64,000 nucleotides of DNA, from assembly GCA_963751345.1 (NCBI GenBank), contig CAVVUS010000048.1, forward strand, positions 35,477-99,476. Reading direction: 5' to 3'. The notes below the pieces were generated by a model that saw nothing but the letters and a program-made list of their open reading frames with translations, made no database searches and was not told where the DNA came from. A program made the position numbers and the translations under genes. Shown piece by piece: positions 46,297 to 55,687 of the stretch; position 1 is the stretch's first letter; every line of letters starts with the position of its first letter. Origin of the DNA: an uncultured Chloroflexia bacterium (GTDB lineage Bacteria; Chloroflexota; Anaerolineae; B4-G1; SLSP01).

Positions 46297-47199
46297 TGGG
46301 AAGAAGACGCGGAAGCCAGAGAACTGCGGGCCATACTCGATCAGGTGGCTTGCCCGGCGACGACCGGGAGCGTCGCGGACTCGACGACGGACCTGACCCG
46401 GGATGAACAGCAGTTGGTGAACCTTGCATCTGACCTTCGGCGGGCCCTAGGCGCGTCACCACCACCTCCGCCACAGGCATTGGCCGCCGCGAGACGGTGC
46501 TTTCTGGATGCATCGCGCGTGGCAACCAACCCTAGACCACTTCGGCAGAGGCTCGAGCCGGGCCTGAGAGTCGCTGGACACTTCGCCCTTGCGGCCCTCG
46601 TCGTCTTGATGTTCTGGACGCCGCTCAGTCGCACGCTCGTGCGAGCGGCCTCTACCAGTACGCCCGGTCAGGTGCTCTATCCTCTGAAGATTCACGTGGA
46701 GCGGGTGCAGTACACGGGCGCGAGCCAACCCGATGTGCGCGTCGCCCTTGCACTGGCTTTCCTGGGCGAGCGAGTAGCCGAGGTGCAAGCCCTCGTCGAC
46801 GGGCAGACACTCATCCCTGATGATTCCGCCGCCGAGGTACAGGTGTTGGTAAATCTGCTATTGCGATCTGTCGCCGAGACGACGGATGAGGCTCTGCCCG
46901 ACGCGCTCCACTACGCGGCGGCGCAGCTGCGGGCCTACATGGACGCGCTAGGGCAGATCCGGACGGCAGCGGCGCCGGTCGACGCCCAGACGATAGACAT
47001 GATGGAGCAGTCGTGCAGGCGAGGTTATCTGACCATCGATCGTGCGCTCGCGGAGCCAACTGAGTTTGCCGCGGCGTATCGGGCAGGACGCCCGGAGCTC
47101 TTCCTCCTGCCAGGGGAGAGCCTACTCGGAGACATGTCACGGTCGCCCGATAGCGCGACGAGTGTCCAAGGGGAGAGACCAAATGCGGAAATGCCATAA
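46297..47199 (+). CDS. DUF5667-like single-TM protein, probable anti-sigma factor (start uncertain)
   Basis: TM followed by STPGQVLYPLKIHVERV...ERVAEV; directly downstream of the ECF sigma gene. Confidence 0.65.
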   Translation, partial: WEEDAEARELRAILDQVACPATTGSVADSTTDLTRDEQQLVNLASDLRRALGASPPPPPQALAAARRCFLDASRVATNPRPLRQRLEPGLRVAGHFALAALVVLMFWTPLSRTLVRAASTSTPGQVLYPLKIHVERVQYTGASQPDVRVALALAFLGERVAEVQALVDGQTLIPDDSAAEVQVLVNLLLRSVAETTDEALPDALHYAAAQLRAYMDALGQIRTAAAPVDAQTIDMMEQSCRRGYLTIDRALAEPTEFAAAYRAGRPELFLLPGESLLGDMSRSPDSATSVQGERPNAEMP

Positions 47200-49061
47200 G
47201 CGATATCAAGGACAGGGCCTGGTTGAGTTCGCTCTGTTGCTTCCAGTGCTACTTCTCATCCTCCTCGGAACCATCGAGTGGGGGAGGATCTTCTTCATCT
47301 ACGTGAACATCAACAACGCTGCCCGTGAAGGGACGCGCTACGGCATGGTTCATCCCACGGACCAGAATGGCATCACAAACCACGTGACCGACCGGCTGGC
47401 GCTCGTCTCGCCCAGCGACCTGCTGATGAACATCAGCTACGACAATGGTCCGGGCACTTCGCCGATCTCCGTGAATCAGGTCACAACCAGCGCACGCGTG
47501 ATCGTCACCCTTCGGTATACCATCCAGCCCCTCACGCCGCTGATGAGTCCCTTCATACCGGGTGGCCTGGCAGTGACATCGGAGAACCGGCGGACCATTC
47601 AGTCCGCGAGGGCCGACACGCCCAGCACCCTGGCCGCGCCCGCGCCTCCGGGCAGCATTCCGCAGACGAACACGCCCACGCCTGGCGCCCATAATACCGA
47701 CACGCCAACCCCGCTGCCGACGGAGACACCGCCGGCCATCGCCACGAGCACCCCCACCTCCACTGCTACGCCCACACCGACGCCATCGCCGACGCCGCTC
47801 CCTCTCCGGATCGACAAGCCGGTCGTTGCCGGCGACACCGAGGTCACCGGCACTGCCGCACCCGGCTACGGCGTGACGCTTCGGGTCATCCAAACCGGCC
47901 TCCAGCGCACCGTCGCCGTTAATGCGGACGGGACGTTCAGCTACTCCGGTCTGCCCGAGCTTGTCGCCGGCCATACGGTCGTAGTGCAGGGCTACGGCCA
48001 ACAGGATCTGGCTATCGTCCAGGACCTGGATGCCACACCTACCCCGACGCCGACCGAGACACCGACGGCGACGCCGCTCCCCACAGGAGGTTACATCTTC
48101 GTCGATGGCCTCTGCTTTGACGAAGGTACCCAAACGATCACGGTGCACGGCCGGCAGATCCCGCGGGACAGCAGCTTCAAGGACGTTCAGTTCACCTGGG
48201 ATGGCGTGCCGATCGACGTCCAGGGGTATACCTTTGGCGACCAGGCCTTCGATCTGGACGTCACGATCACCATCGATGGCCTTGATCCGGAAACCCACAC
48301 GTTGGGCGCACAAATGCTCAACAATCAAAGGCGACATCGTGGATACGATGGAGACCATCGTCTACGTCTGCCAGCCCGAGCCGAAGCCCGACTTGACCAT
48401 CACGAGCCTCGTCGTCACGGACATACCCATACCGGGTACGTACCAGCGGGTGCATCTCTCGGTCTCTGTTCACAACGCCGGCACCGTTGATGTGACATCG
48501 CTCTTCTGGGTGGATCTCTTTGCGGACTACGATCCCGACAACCCACTGCCTGACCAAGCGAGCGTGGACTACGTGGCAGTCAACGCGCTGAGCGCCGGCT
48601 CCACCATCACCTTCACCATGTACGTTCCCGACGGTTTCAAGACTATTGGAGACCACACGATCATCGCAATGGTCGATACCTGGGACCAGATCCCCGAACT
48701 GAACGAGGATAACAATGTCAGCCAGCCATTGACGGTGCGCATAACGGTAGCCAATCTGCTACCCACGCCCACACCGGTGGTGCCCCCCGGACCGACAGGT
48801 AGGATCGTCGGTACAGCGCGCCTCGGATCGTTGGAGCAAGCCAACGTCGCAGTCTACCTCTACGACGCGGGAGGACGCCTCTACGGCTCGGGGCGCACGA
48901 ATGAGGACGGCCTGTACGACCTGTCGGACATCCCGGAAGGTCTTTACACACTCGTCGGCCAACTGCGGCTAAGCAATGCGGTCTATATGGACGTTCAGCC
49001 CGCTGAGATCATTGGCGATACCGACACACATCTCGATCTCTATCTGGAGGTGCTGCCATGA
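47183..49061 (+). CDS. TadE-family minor pilin fused to PT linkers, Ig-like, CARDB and carboxypeptidase-regulatory-like domains (frameshift near 48330)
   Basis: GQGLVEFALLLPVLL...EWGR...NAAREGTRYG; PDLTITSL...VDTWDQIPELNEDNN; GRTNEDGLYDLSDIPEGLYTL. Confidence 0.78.
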
Positions 49062-50431
49062 CCAGGGCAAGTGGACGAACCCGCTTCGCCAGGGGTGCCC
49101 GCAAGCTCTGTATCGTCGGCATCACCGTGCTCATCACAGCGGGTCTGAGTGCCGCCATCGTCTATGCCCTCGGCTGGCCGGCCGCCATCCAACTACCCCA
49201 GAGCGATGGTGTCCGCGAATGGGACGGCGCCGACCTCGCAGCTTCGTCTTCCGGAGTCATCGCGGCTTGGGCCAATAGCACCGCCGGATCGGGCATTCGG
49301 CTGGCGCTGCAGCAGGATGGTACGCTATCTTCAATGCATCTGGCAGACCCACTGTTTGGCTATACGTGGTCTCCCACTCTGGCCGCTTGGGGGACGCACA
49401 TCGCGGCCACCTGGGCTCAGGGACAACAGAACGGGACATGTGGCACTCCCTTCGCCATCATGCAGCAGGACGTCGGCACCCCAGGAGCGACGAGCCTCGG
49501 TACCTACTATGGCGCTGCCACTGCGCCTGACATTGCGGCTGGGGGCTCAGGCTGGCACATTGTCTTCGCCGCCGCGACATCGGAGGCGAACTGTCTCGCG
49601 TCGAAAGTGGACCTCTACTATAGCTACCGCACGGCAGTGGGACAGCCATGGTCGCCGCCGGTCGTCCTGGTCACTCACAACCAGGTTCTTGGCGCGGGGG
49701 CGAGCTCGGGAGGGATCTGGTACCCACGCGTTGCGGCGTCGCCGACGGGGTCAGCGGTATACATCGTCTGGGAGCAATACCAGATAGCGGGTACGCCGGC
49801 CTCCGTTGACACTTCCGTCTGGTCCATCAGCACGGCCACACTGAACGCGGAGGCGACTGCGTCTGCAGCCACGTGGGCCGCGGCAGAGCGCATATCACCG
49901 GTCGGGCAGCGATACGCCGCGCGCCCGAGGGTCGCAGCCGATGCATCCTCACGCGCGCACATCGTCTGGACCGAACTGGTCGGCAGTCGCACGAACCCTA
50001 GCGAGCAGCATATCTACCACGTGTCCCTGCCGGGCGGCGCTGCAATTCAGCTCAACAACGAGCCTATCCACGTCACGAGCAACTCCCCGGCAATCGTGGG
50101 CTCGTCGGTCGACGCGCTCGAACAGAACGTCTGCGTGACGTGGCACGGCTATACCGGTCTGGGCGGTACCGGCCACGAGCAGATCACGCTGCGCTGCTCC
50201 GCCGACGCCGGTGGTGCCTGGACGCCCGAGGATGTCGTCTCGACGAGCCCCGACGCCCTCTCCATCTACCCGGCGGTAGGCCTTGCCGGCGACGGAAAGG
50301 TTCACGTGGCATGGCTGAAGTACGCGCTCGAGAACGACGCCTGGAAGCCCCAGGGCGTCTTCTACCGAGGCGGGAGTCTGGATCAGGATGATAACCGCGT
50401 CTTCTTACCACTCGTCTTGCGTGGCAGGTAG
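49058..50431 (+). CDS. Secreted BNR/sialidase-like beta-propeller protein with C-terminal RVFLPLVLR
   Basis: N-terminal hydrophobic segment; repeated PxVA...(H/Y)IVW units; SADAGGAW Asp-box-like motif; ATGA coupling. Confidence 0.6.
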   Translation: MTRASGRTRFARGARKLCIVGITVLITAGLSAAIVYALGWPAAIQLPQSDGVREWDGADLAASSSGVIAAWANSTAGSGIRLALQQDGTLSSMHLADPLFGYTWSPTLAAWGTHIAATWAQGQQNGTCGTPFAIMQQDVGTPGATSLGTYYGAATAPDIAAGGSGWHIVFAAATSEANCLASKVDLYYSYRTAVGQPWSPPVVLVTHNQVLGAGASSGGIWYPRVAASPTGSAVYIVWEQYQIAGTPASVDTSVWSISTATLNAEATASAATWAAAERISPVGQRYAARPRVAADASSRAHIVWTELVGSRTNPSEQHIYHVSLPGGAAIQLNNEPIHVTSNSPAIVGSSVDALEQNVCVTWHGYTGLGGTGHEQITLRCSADAGGAWTPEDVVSTSPDALSIYPAVGLAGDGKVHVAWLKYALENDAWKPQGVFYRGGSLDQDDNRVFLPLVLRGR

Positions 50432-50443
50432 TAGAGCACGGCC

Positions 50444-51083
50444 ATGCAACCACGCGCTCCGACTCGGGCAATACTCATCGTAGTGATCCTGCTGCTTGTG
50501 GGGACGCTTACGGCGCTGCTGTGGAACTTGGTCCCACTCATAGGCGCGGAGGGCAACGAGACACTGCGACCGCGCCCAGTTCAGCGCGGAGTGACCTCGA
50601 CAGTCTTGTTGCCCGACGCCTATGAGCTCGCCGAAGGGACGAGTCCGTGAATGGTCACGGGATGCCTACCTCGTCAGGATTGAGGCAGCATGGTATCTGA
50701 CAGATGGAGGAGCCGATGTCAGTTTGCCCCCAGTGGCGTGGACGTTTTCGTACTTCTCGCCGGCTTCTGCGAGCTTGGTAGTCGTGATAGTCGACGATGA
50801 CACGTTGCTGTGGGTGCCGCCCTTCGAGATACCGGTGACGCCAACGCCGCTAGGCGAGTCACTGCCCGCGCAGGGCGTAGAGGCAGCATGGCTTTCGTTC
50901 CGGGCAGCGGATGGCGATCTCTTTCTGGACTCTCACCCCGAGTCGCAGGTGACGTTCCGCCTCCAGAAAGCAGCGGGCCACCCGGTATGGACCGTCTCCG
51001 CCTACGACGGCGGCGACTTTATCGGTATCACCATGGACGCCCAGTCAGGGGTCGTTTCTACGAGGCCTTCGAGCTTCGACTAG
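50444..51083 (+). CDS. Hypothetical membrane-anchored protein (frameshift near 50640; PepSY-like C-terminus)
   Basis: N-terminal TM; PVWTV...MDAQSGVV ending; lies within the Tad operon. Confidence 0.5.
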
Positions 51084-51097
51084 ATAAGAGGTGTTCT

Positions 51098-51508
51098 ATG
51101 AACAAGAGGCTAGCGACAAATGCTCGTGGCCAGAGCTTGGTGGAAGCGGCGATTGCGCTACCGGTGTTGATCATGTTGATGCTCGGCCTACTGGACTTCG
51201 GGCGGGCTTACTATGCCATCGTATCGCTCAAGGATGCCGCGGACGAGGGCGCCAGTTACGCCTCCGCTGCGCCGCGGGACGTGACCGGTATACGCCTTCG
51301 TGCTTCGGAGGCATCCCGGCAGTTATCCCCCATCGAACCGAATGACGTCAACGTAATCTACCCACCCACGCTCTATGCCGGCGCGCCCATCACCGTCACG
51401 ACGAAGCTGATCTTGCATCTGTATACGCCCTTCGCCAACACGTTGGTGCACGGAGGTGAGATCGAGCTGCGTGGCAGCTCGACACACGCGATAGTGGCCA
51501 CGCAGTGA
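51098..51508 (+). CDS. TadE-family minor pilin
   Basis: RGQSLVEAAIALPVLIMLMLGLLDFGR...DAADEGASYA; RBS GAGGT. Confidence 0.85.
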   Translation: MNKRLATNARGQSLVEAAIALPVLIMLMLGLLDFGRAYYAIVSLKDAADEGASYASAAPRDVTGIRLRASEASRQLSPIEPNDVNVIYPPTLYAGAPITVTTKLILHLYTPFANTLVHGGEIELRGSSTHAIVATQ

Positions 51509-51572
51509 GCCCGGTCGCGGACAACGTGACTGACGCCGGACGTGAGGAATTCCAATTGGACGAGGAGATGAA

Positions 51573-52772
51573 ATGAAGAATCCACAGCAACAGCAAAGGG
51601 GACAAGCCATCCTCATTATGGCATTCGCCGTCATAGCGCTTGCAGCACTTGTCGGCTTGGCAATCGACGGTGGACGTCTCTACACCCTGCGCAGGCAAGC
51701 ACAGAATGCCGCCGATGCGACGGCGCTGGCTGCCACTCGCGAACTGGCGTCGCTCTTGTCAAAGTGCGCCAGCGGCACGGCGGCACAGAACGCCGCGATC
51801 TTCAACACTGTGCTGGAGTACGCGCGGCTCAACGGCATCGACGAGTTCGACCCCAACGGCGACGTCACAGCCTGGTATGTGGACGCGAATGAGAACAACC
51901 TCGGATCCATCCGCAACGACGTGCCGATTCCCACAGGTGCGACGGGCGTGACCGCGAGTATGGTTACCACCGACACCACGACGTTCATGAAACTCTTCGG
52001 GCAGGCCCACATCGTCGGCGTCGGTCAGGCCACGGCAATGACCGGACGGGTAACACGGTATCAGGGCGGCTTTCTGCCGATCGCGGTGCCGAAGGCCGCT
52101 GTTGACGCCGTCGGCGTCGGGCTTGAGTTCGAGATCAAGGATGATGATCAGGGGCAGTTCTGCCGTGTCAACGACGGCCTCTGTTTCGGCGGCTCTGACC
52201 CAATGTCACAGAGGGGATGGCTGCAACTCGGTCACATCTACAACCAAGATGGCGGCATCTTGGCCCGAGCGTTCACGACAACCATGAATGCCTCCGGGTG
52301 CAACGCGGACATCTCGAAGATTGGTCTTGTGGGTTGGGCCAGCGGAGACTGCCCCTACCCCTACCCACTCTGGCTCGGTAACATCGGCCGAAAGGACGGC
52401 GACTTCATTCTGGGTGCCGCCGGCGAGATGGCCGCGGCACGTCCGGAAATCGCCCAGTACACCGGTCAGATCGTGATGTTGCCCATTTTCGACTACATCT
52501 ACACGGGCACCTGCAATTCCAGCAAGCACGAGATCTGCATGGAGACCCAGTTTAGCGGCGAACCTCAGCCGATCGATCGCTGGGTCACCGGCAGCAGTGC
52601 CTATTACTATCACATCATCGGCATGGTATCCGTCAGGCTCAGCCAGGTCGCCGGCAAGTCCATCTACGGTGAGTTCGTGGAGTCCGTGATTCGGCCCGGC
52701 GAGATCATCCCCGGGGCGGGTATTGGCTCCCAGTGCACACCCCAAATGATGGGTGTTCTGCTCTGGGAATAG
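51573..52772 (+). CDS. TadG-like (Tad N-terminal domain) pilus-associated protein
   Basis: RGQAILIMA...GLAIDGGR...QAQNAADATALAA; Cys-containing C-terminal domain. Confidence 0.82.
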   Translation: MKNPQQQQRGQAILIMAFAVIALAALVGLAIDGGRLYTLRRQAQNAADATALAATRELASLLSKCASGTAAQNAAIFNTVLEYARLNGIDEFDPNGDVTAWYVDANENNLGSIRNDVPIPTGATGVTASMVTTDTTTFMKLFGQAHIVGVGQATAMTGRVTRYQGGFLPIAVPKAAVDAVGVGLEFEIKDDDQGQFCRVNDGLCFGGSDPMSQRGWLQLGHIYNQDGGILARAFTTTMNASGCNADISKIGLVGWASGDCPYPYPLWLGNIGRKDGDFILGAAGEMAAARPEIAQYTGQIVMLPIFDYIYTGTCNSSKHEICMETQFSGEPQPIDRWVTGSSAYYYHIIGMVSVRLSQVAGKSIYGEFVESVIRPGEIIPGAGIGSQCTPQMMGVLLWE

Positions 52773-52782
52773 AGCCCAACTC

Positions 52783-52818
52783 AAGAGGGATGCGCACATC
52801 AGTGCGCATCCCCCTCTT
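52783..52818. terminator. Hairpin terminator after the Tad operon
   Basis: AAGAGGGATGCGCAC-atca-GTGCGCATCCCCTCTT. Confidence 0.7.
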
Positions 52819-52884
52819 CCAGTCATCCCGTCGAGGCTACAGGTCGGCGACGGCCCGAGGCTTACAAGGCAGCCCCCGGTCGAG

Positions 52885-54127
52885 CTAGCGGACGGCGCTC
52901 TCCTCCCCCGCCCCGCCAATCTCCGGCGCCGCCCGGAACAGCCGCGACAGCACGACCAGCGTCACCAGGTTGAACCCCGCGAGCACCAGGAACACCGTCC
53001 GGAACCCAAGGTTGTCGCTCAGCGCGGTCGCGCCGCCGTCGGCGACCGCCGACCCGAGGTTCGAGATCCCCATCATGATGGCGAACATCGACGCCGCGAT
53101 CCGGGCGTCGGCGATCCGCATCGCCAACGCGAAGAAGACCGTCTCCTGCACCGCCCAGACGATGCCCCAGACCAGGCCCAGGCCCACCACGGCCCGGGCC
53201 GTCGGCGCAAGCGCGATCAATAGCGCACCCACTGAGATCAGGAGCGTCGACCCCATCGCGCTGCGTCGCCGCGACACGCGGTCCAGCAGGAGCGCCCCGA
53301 TCAGTGCCCCGACCACGGCACCCAGGCCCCGCATCGCACCATAGCGCCCGATCACGGTCTCCGCAGCCGAGAATCGCTCGCTCAGGAAATACGTCACCAG
53401 GCCGTCGACGCCAAAGGAGCCTACCGAATAGATCACGGCGTAGGCAGCGAAGAGCAGGAATCGCGGCTTGCCCAACTCGCGGAACGCCCGCCGGTCAAAG
53501 CTCTGCGACGCCGCGCGCGAGGCCGGCTCGCGCAGAAAAACCACCCATAGCAGCGGGAGCAACATCGCCACCCCGATGGTCAGGAAGATGGGCCGGTACC
53601 CCAGGGACTGCACCACGCTGCCGAAGACCAGCGAGAGCAGGATGAAGGCCCCCGCGCGCCCGGCAACCATCACCCCCTGCACCTTCCCCTGCTGGTCCGC
53701 CGGTGTGACGTCGATGGCCAGGCCATCCGTCGTCGAGTCGAAGACCGTCACGCTGAAGCTCCCCAACACCACCAGCGCCGAGAACAGCCACAGGTTGGCA
53801 TCCGGTGGCACAAACCCCGCCGCGGCAAATGCAGCCCCCGCCATGACCAACCCCAGCAGAATGTACGGCTTCCGGTGCCCCATCCCGAAGAGGTTGACGC
53901 GATCGCTCAAGCAGCCCGATGAAGATCTTGAGGATGAACGGCAACTGCAGCACCAGCGTGAGCAGCCCGATCGTGTCCGGGTTCACGCCGAGACTGTCGA
54001 GATAGGGTTTCTGGAAGTTCCGGAAGTACGCTAGTCCGACGCCCTGGACCACGTAGAGCGCCGCGAACATCGTGATGCGGAACCGTTGAGTTCGTTGTGT
54101 CTGCACAGCCGCCGCTGTAGCTGCCAA
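52885..54127 (-). CDS. MFS transporter, AmpG/acetyl-CoA transporter-like (frameshift near 53910)
   Basis: LYVVQGV, LPFILK, SDR...GHRKPYI, DSTTDGLAID, ASMFAIMMGISNLG. Confidence 0.8.
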
Positions 54128-54301
54128 TTCACCGCCTCCTAATCCTGCTCCTTGGCCTTGCCCCCTCGCCCAGGCCCACTCTTGCGAGAGGGGAACCGGA
54201 GCGCCACCACCTGTTTCGTGTAGCCTGTTTTTTCTATTCGGGACCTGACAAAGGTGCTGCCGGGCTCGCCGGGTGTCACTACGCGAAATAGAACTCGCGC
54301 G

Positions 54302-55623
54302 CTACACTCTGATCTCGCCCTCCTGCTGCCCGAAGTTGATCCGCGTACCCACACCCAGCGTGACGCTCCGCCCCGGCGCCACGTCCTGGTAGGTCTGGCC
54401 ATCGTCCGTCGTCACGGTCCACTTCACGTCACCCACGTTGCGCAGCCCCCAGATGCTCGGGTCGCGCGGATGCTGCACGATCTCGGCCACCGGCTTCGAG
54501 AAGTCATACAGACGTGCGTCGTCCACGTGGTGCGGATAGAGCTTCGTGTCGTAGTTGAGCATGATCACGTCATCATCGATGCGGATCCGCGGCGGGAGCG
54601 CCAGCGCTCCGCCGCACGACCAGCACGCGCCGGGACGCCCCCCGACGCGCGCAGCACCTCGATGTCGTAGAAATTCTCCATCCCGCAGTGCGGGCAGTAG
54701 TAGATGGCGTCACGCAGCTTGACCATCGCCGCCCGCCACTCGCTCTCTCGCACCCGCCCGTTGACCGGATCGACGAGCCCTTCGGTAAACGACCGCGTGA
54801 AGAGATCGCGCACAAACTGCGGGTAGAGCGGCCAGAAGACGATAGCGTTGTCGTGTGCGCCCGGCACAGGGCGATTGCTGTCGTCGTTGGGATCGAAGAT
54901 AAAGAGCGGATCCGTGCCGTACAGCTTGTTCATCGCGGGCAGATCCAGGCACTTGATCTCCAGCTCGCGCCGGCCTTCCAGCGGGTGGTGCACCATCAGC
55001 ATGTAGAAAAGCAGCACCGCCAGCGAGAACAGGTCCGTATTGCTGCTCGGCAGCGCTTCACCCCGCACGATCTCCGGCGCCATAAAGCGCGGCGTGCCCA
55101 GCACGCCCGCCTCGCCCTGCCCATCGACGGTCACGTTGTCGTTATCGCAGATCAGCACCTCGCCGGAGTCGGGATCGAAGAAGACGTTGCCGAACGAGAT
55201 ATCGCGGTAGCAGAGCCCCGAAGCGTGGAGTTCGAGGAAGCTGTCGGCGAGCTGCAGCCCCGCGGTCGCCAGAGCCCTGAACGTCGGCTCCGCCCGGCGC
55301 TTCATCAGATCCACGATGCTCTTGTAGTGCGGGGCGCGGAGGGGCATCACATAGCCGAAGCCCGCGACGCCGGCCGCCTCCGTCAGCTCCATCGGCCACA
55401 GGAAGCGCGCCGTCGGCGGCCCCTTCTTGACCAATACCTCCAGCGCACTGTGCTGCTCGGGCGTGGCCTGAGCCGGGAAATACCACTTCAGCGCCACCGT
55501 CTTCCCATCCAGCTCGGCCCGGTAGACCTCGCCCTGCCCACCCCCGCCTAGGAACGTCTCCACCACACACGCCATCTTTGACGTGACGGTCTCCACACTC
55601 TGTCCATCCTGCAATATCGGCAT
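54302..55623 (-). CDS. Atypical Ser/Thr kinase (TerY-P/YegI-like) with C-terminal Zn ribbon and FHA-like beta domain (frameshift near 54635)
   Basis: LGGGGQGEVY, VALKWY, FLWP, YRDISFGN, ICDNDN, GTPRFMAPE, DLFSLAV; CPHC and, after the frame change, CWSC followed by MLNYDTKLY...WGLRN. Confidence 0.85.
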
Positions 55624-55687
55624 GCCATCCTCCTGACTTTTCTACCGCGTAGACCTTGCGAAGGTTTCCCCGCCGGCAGGTCACCTC

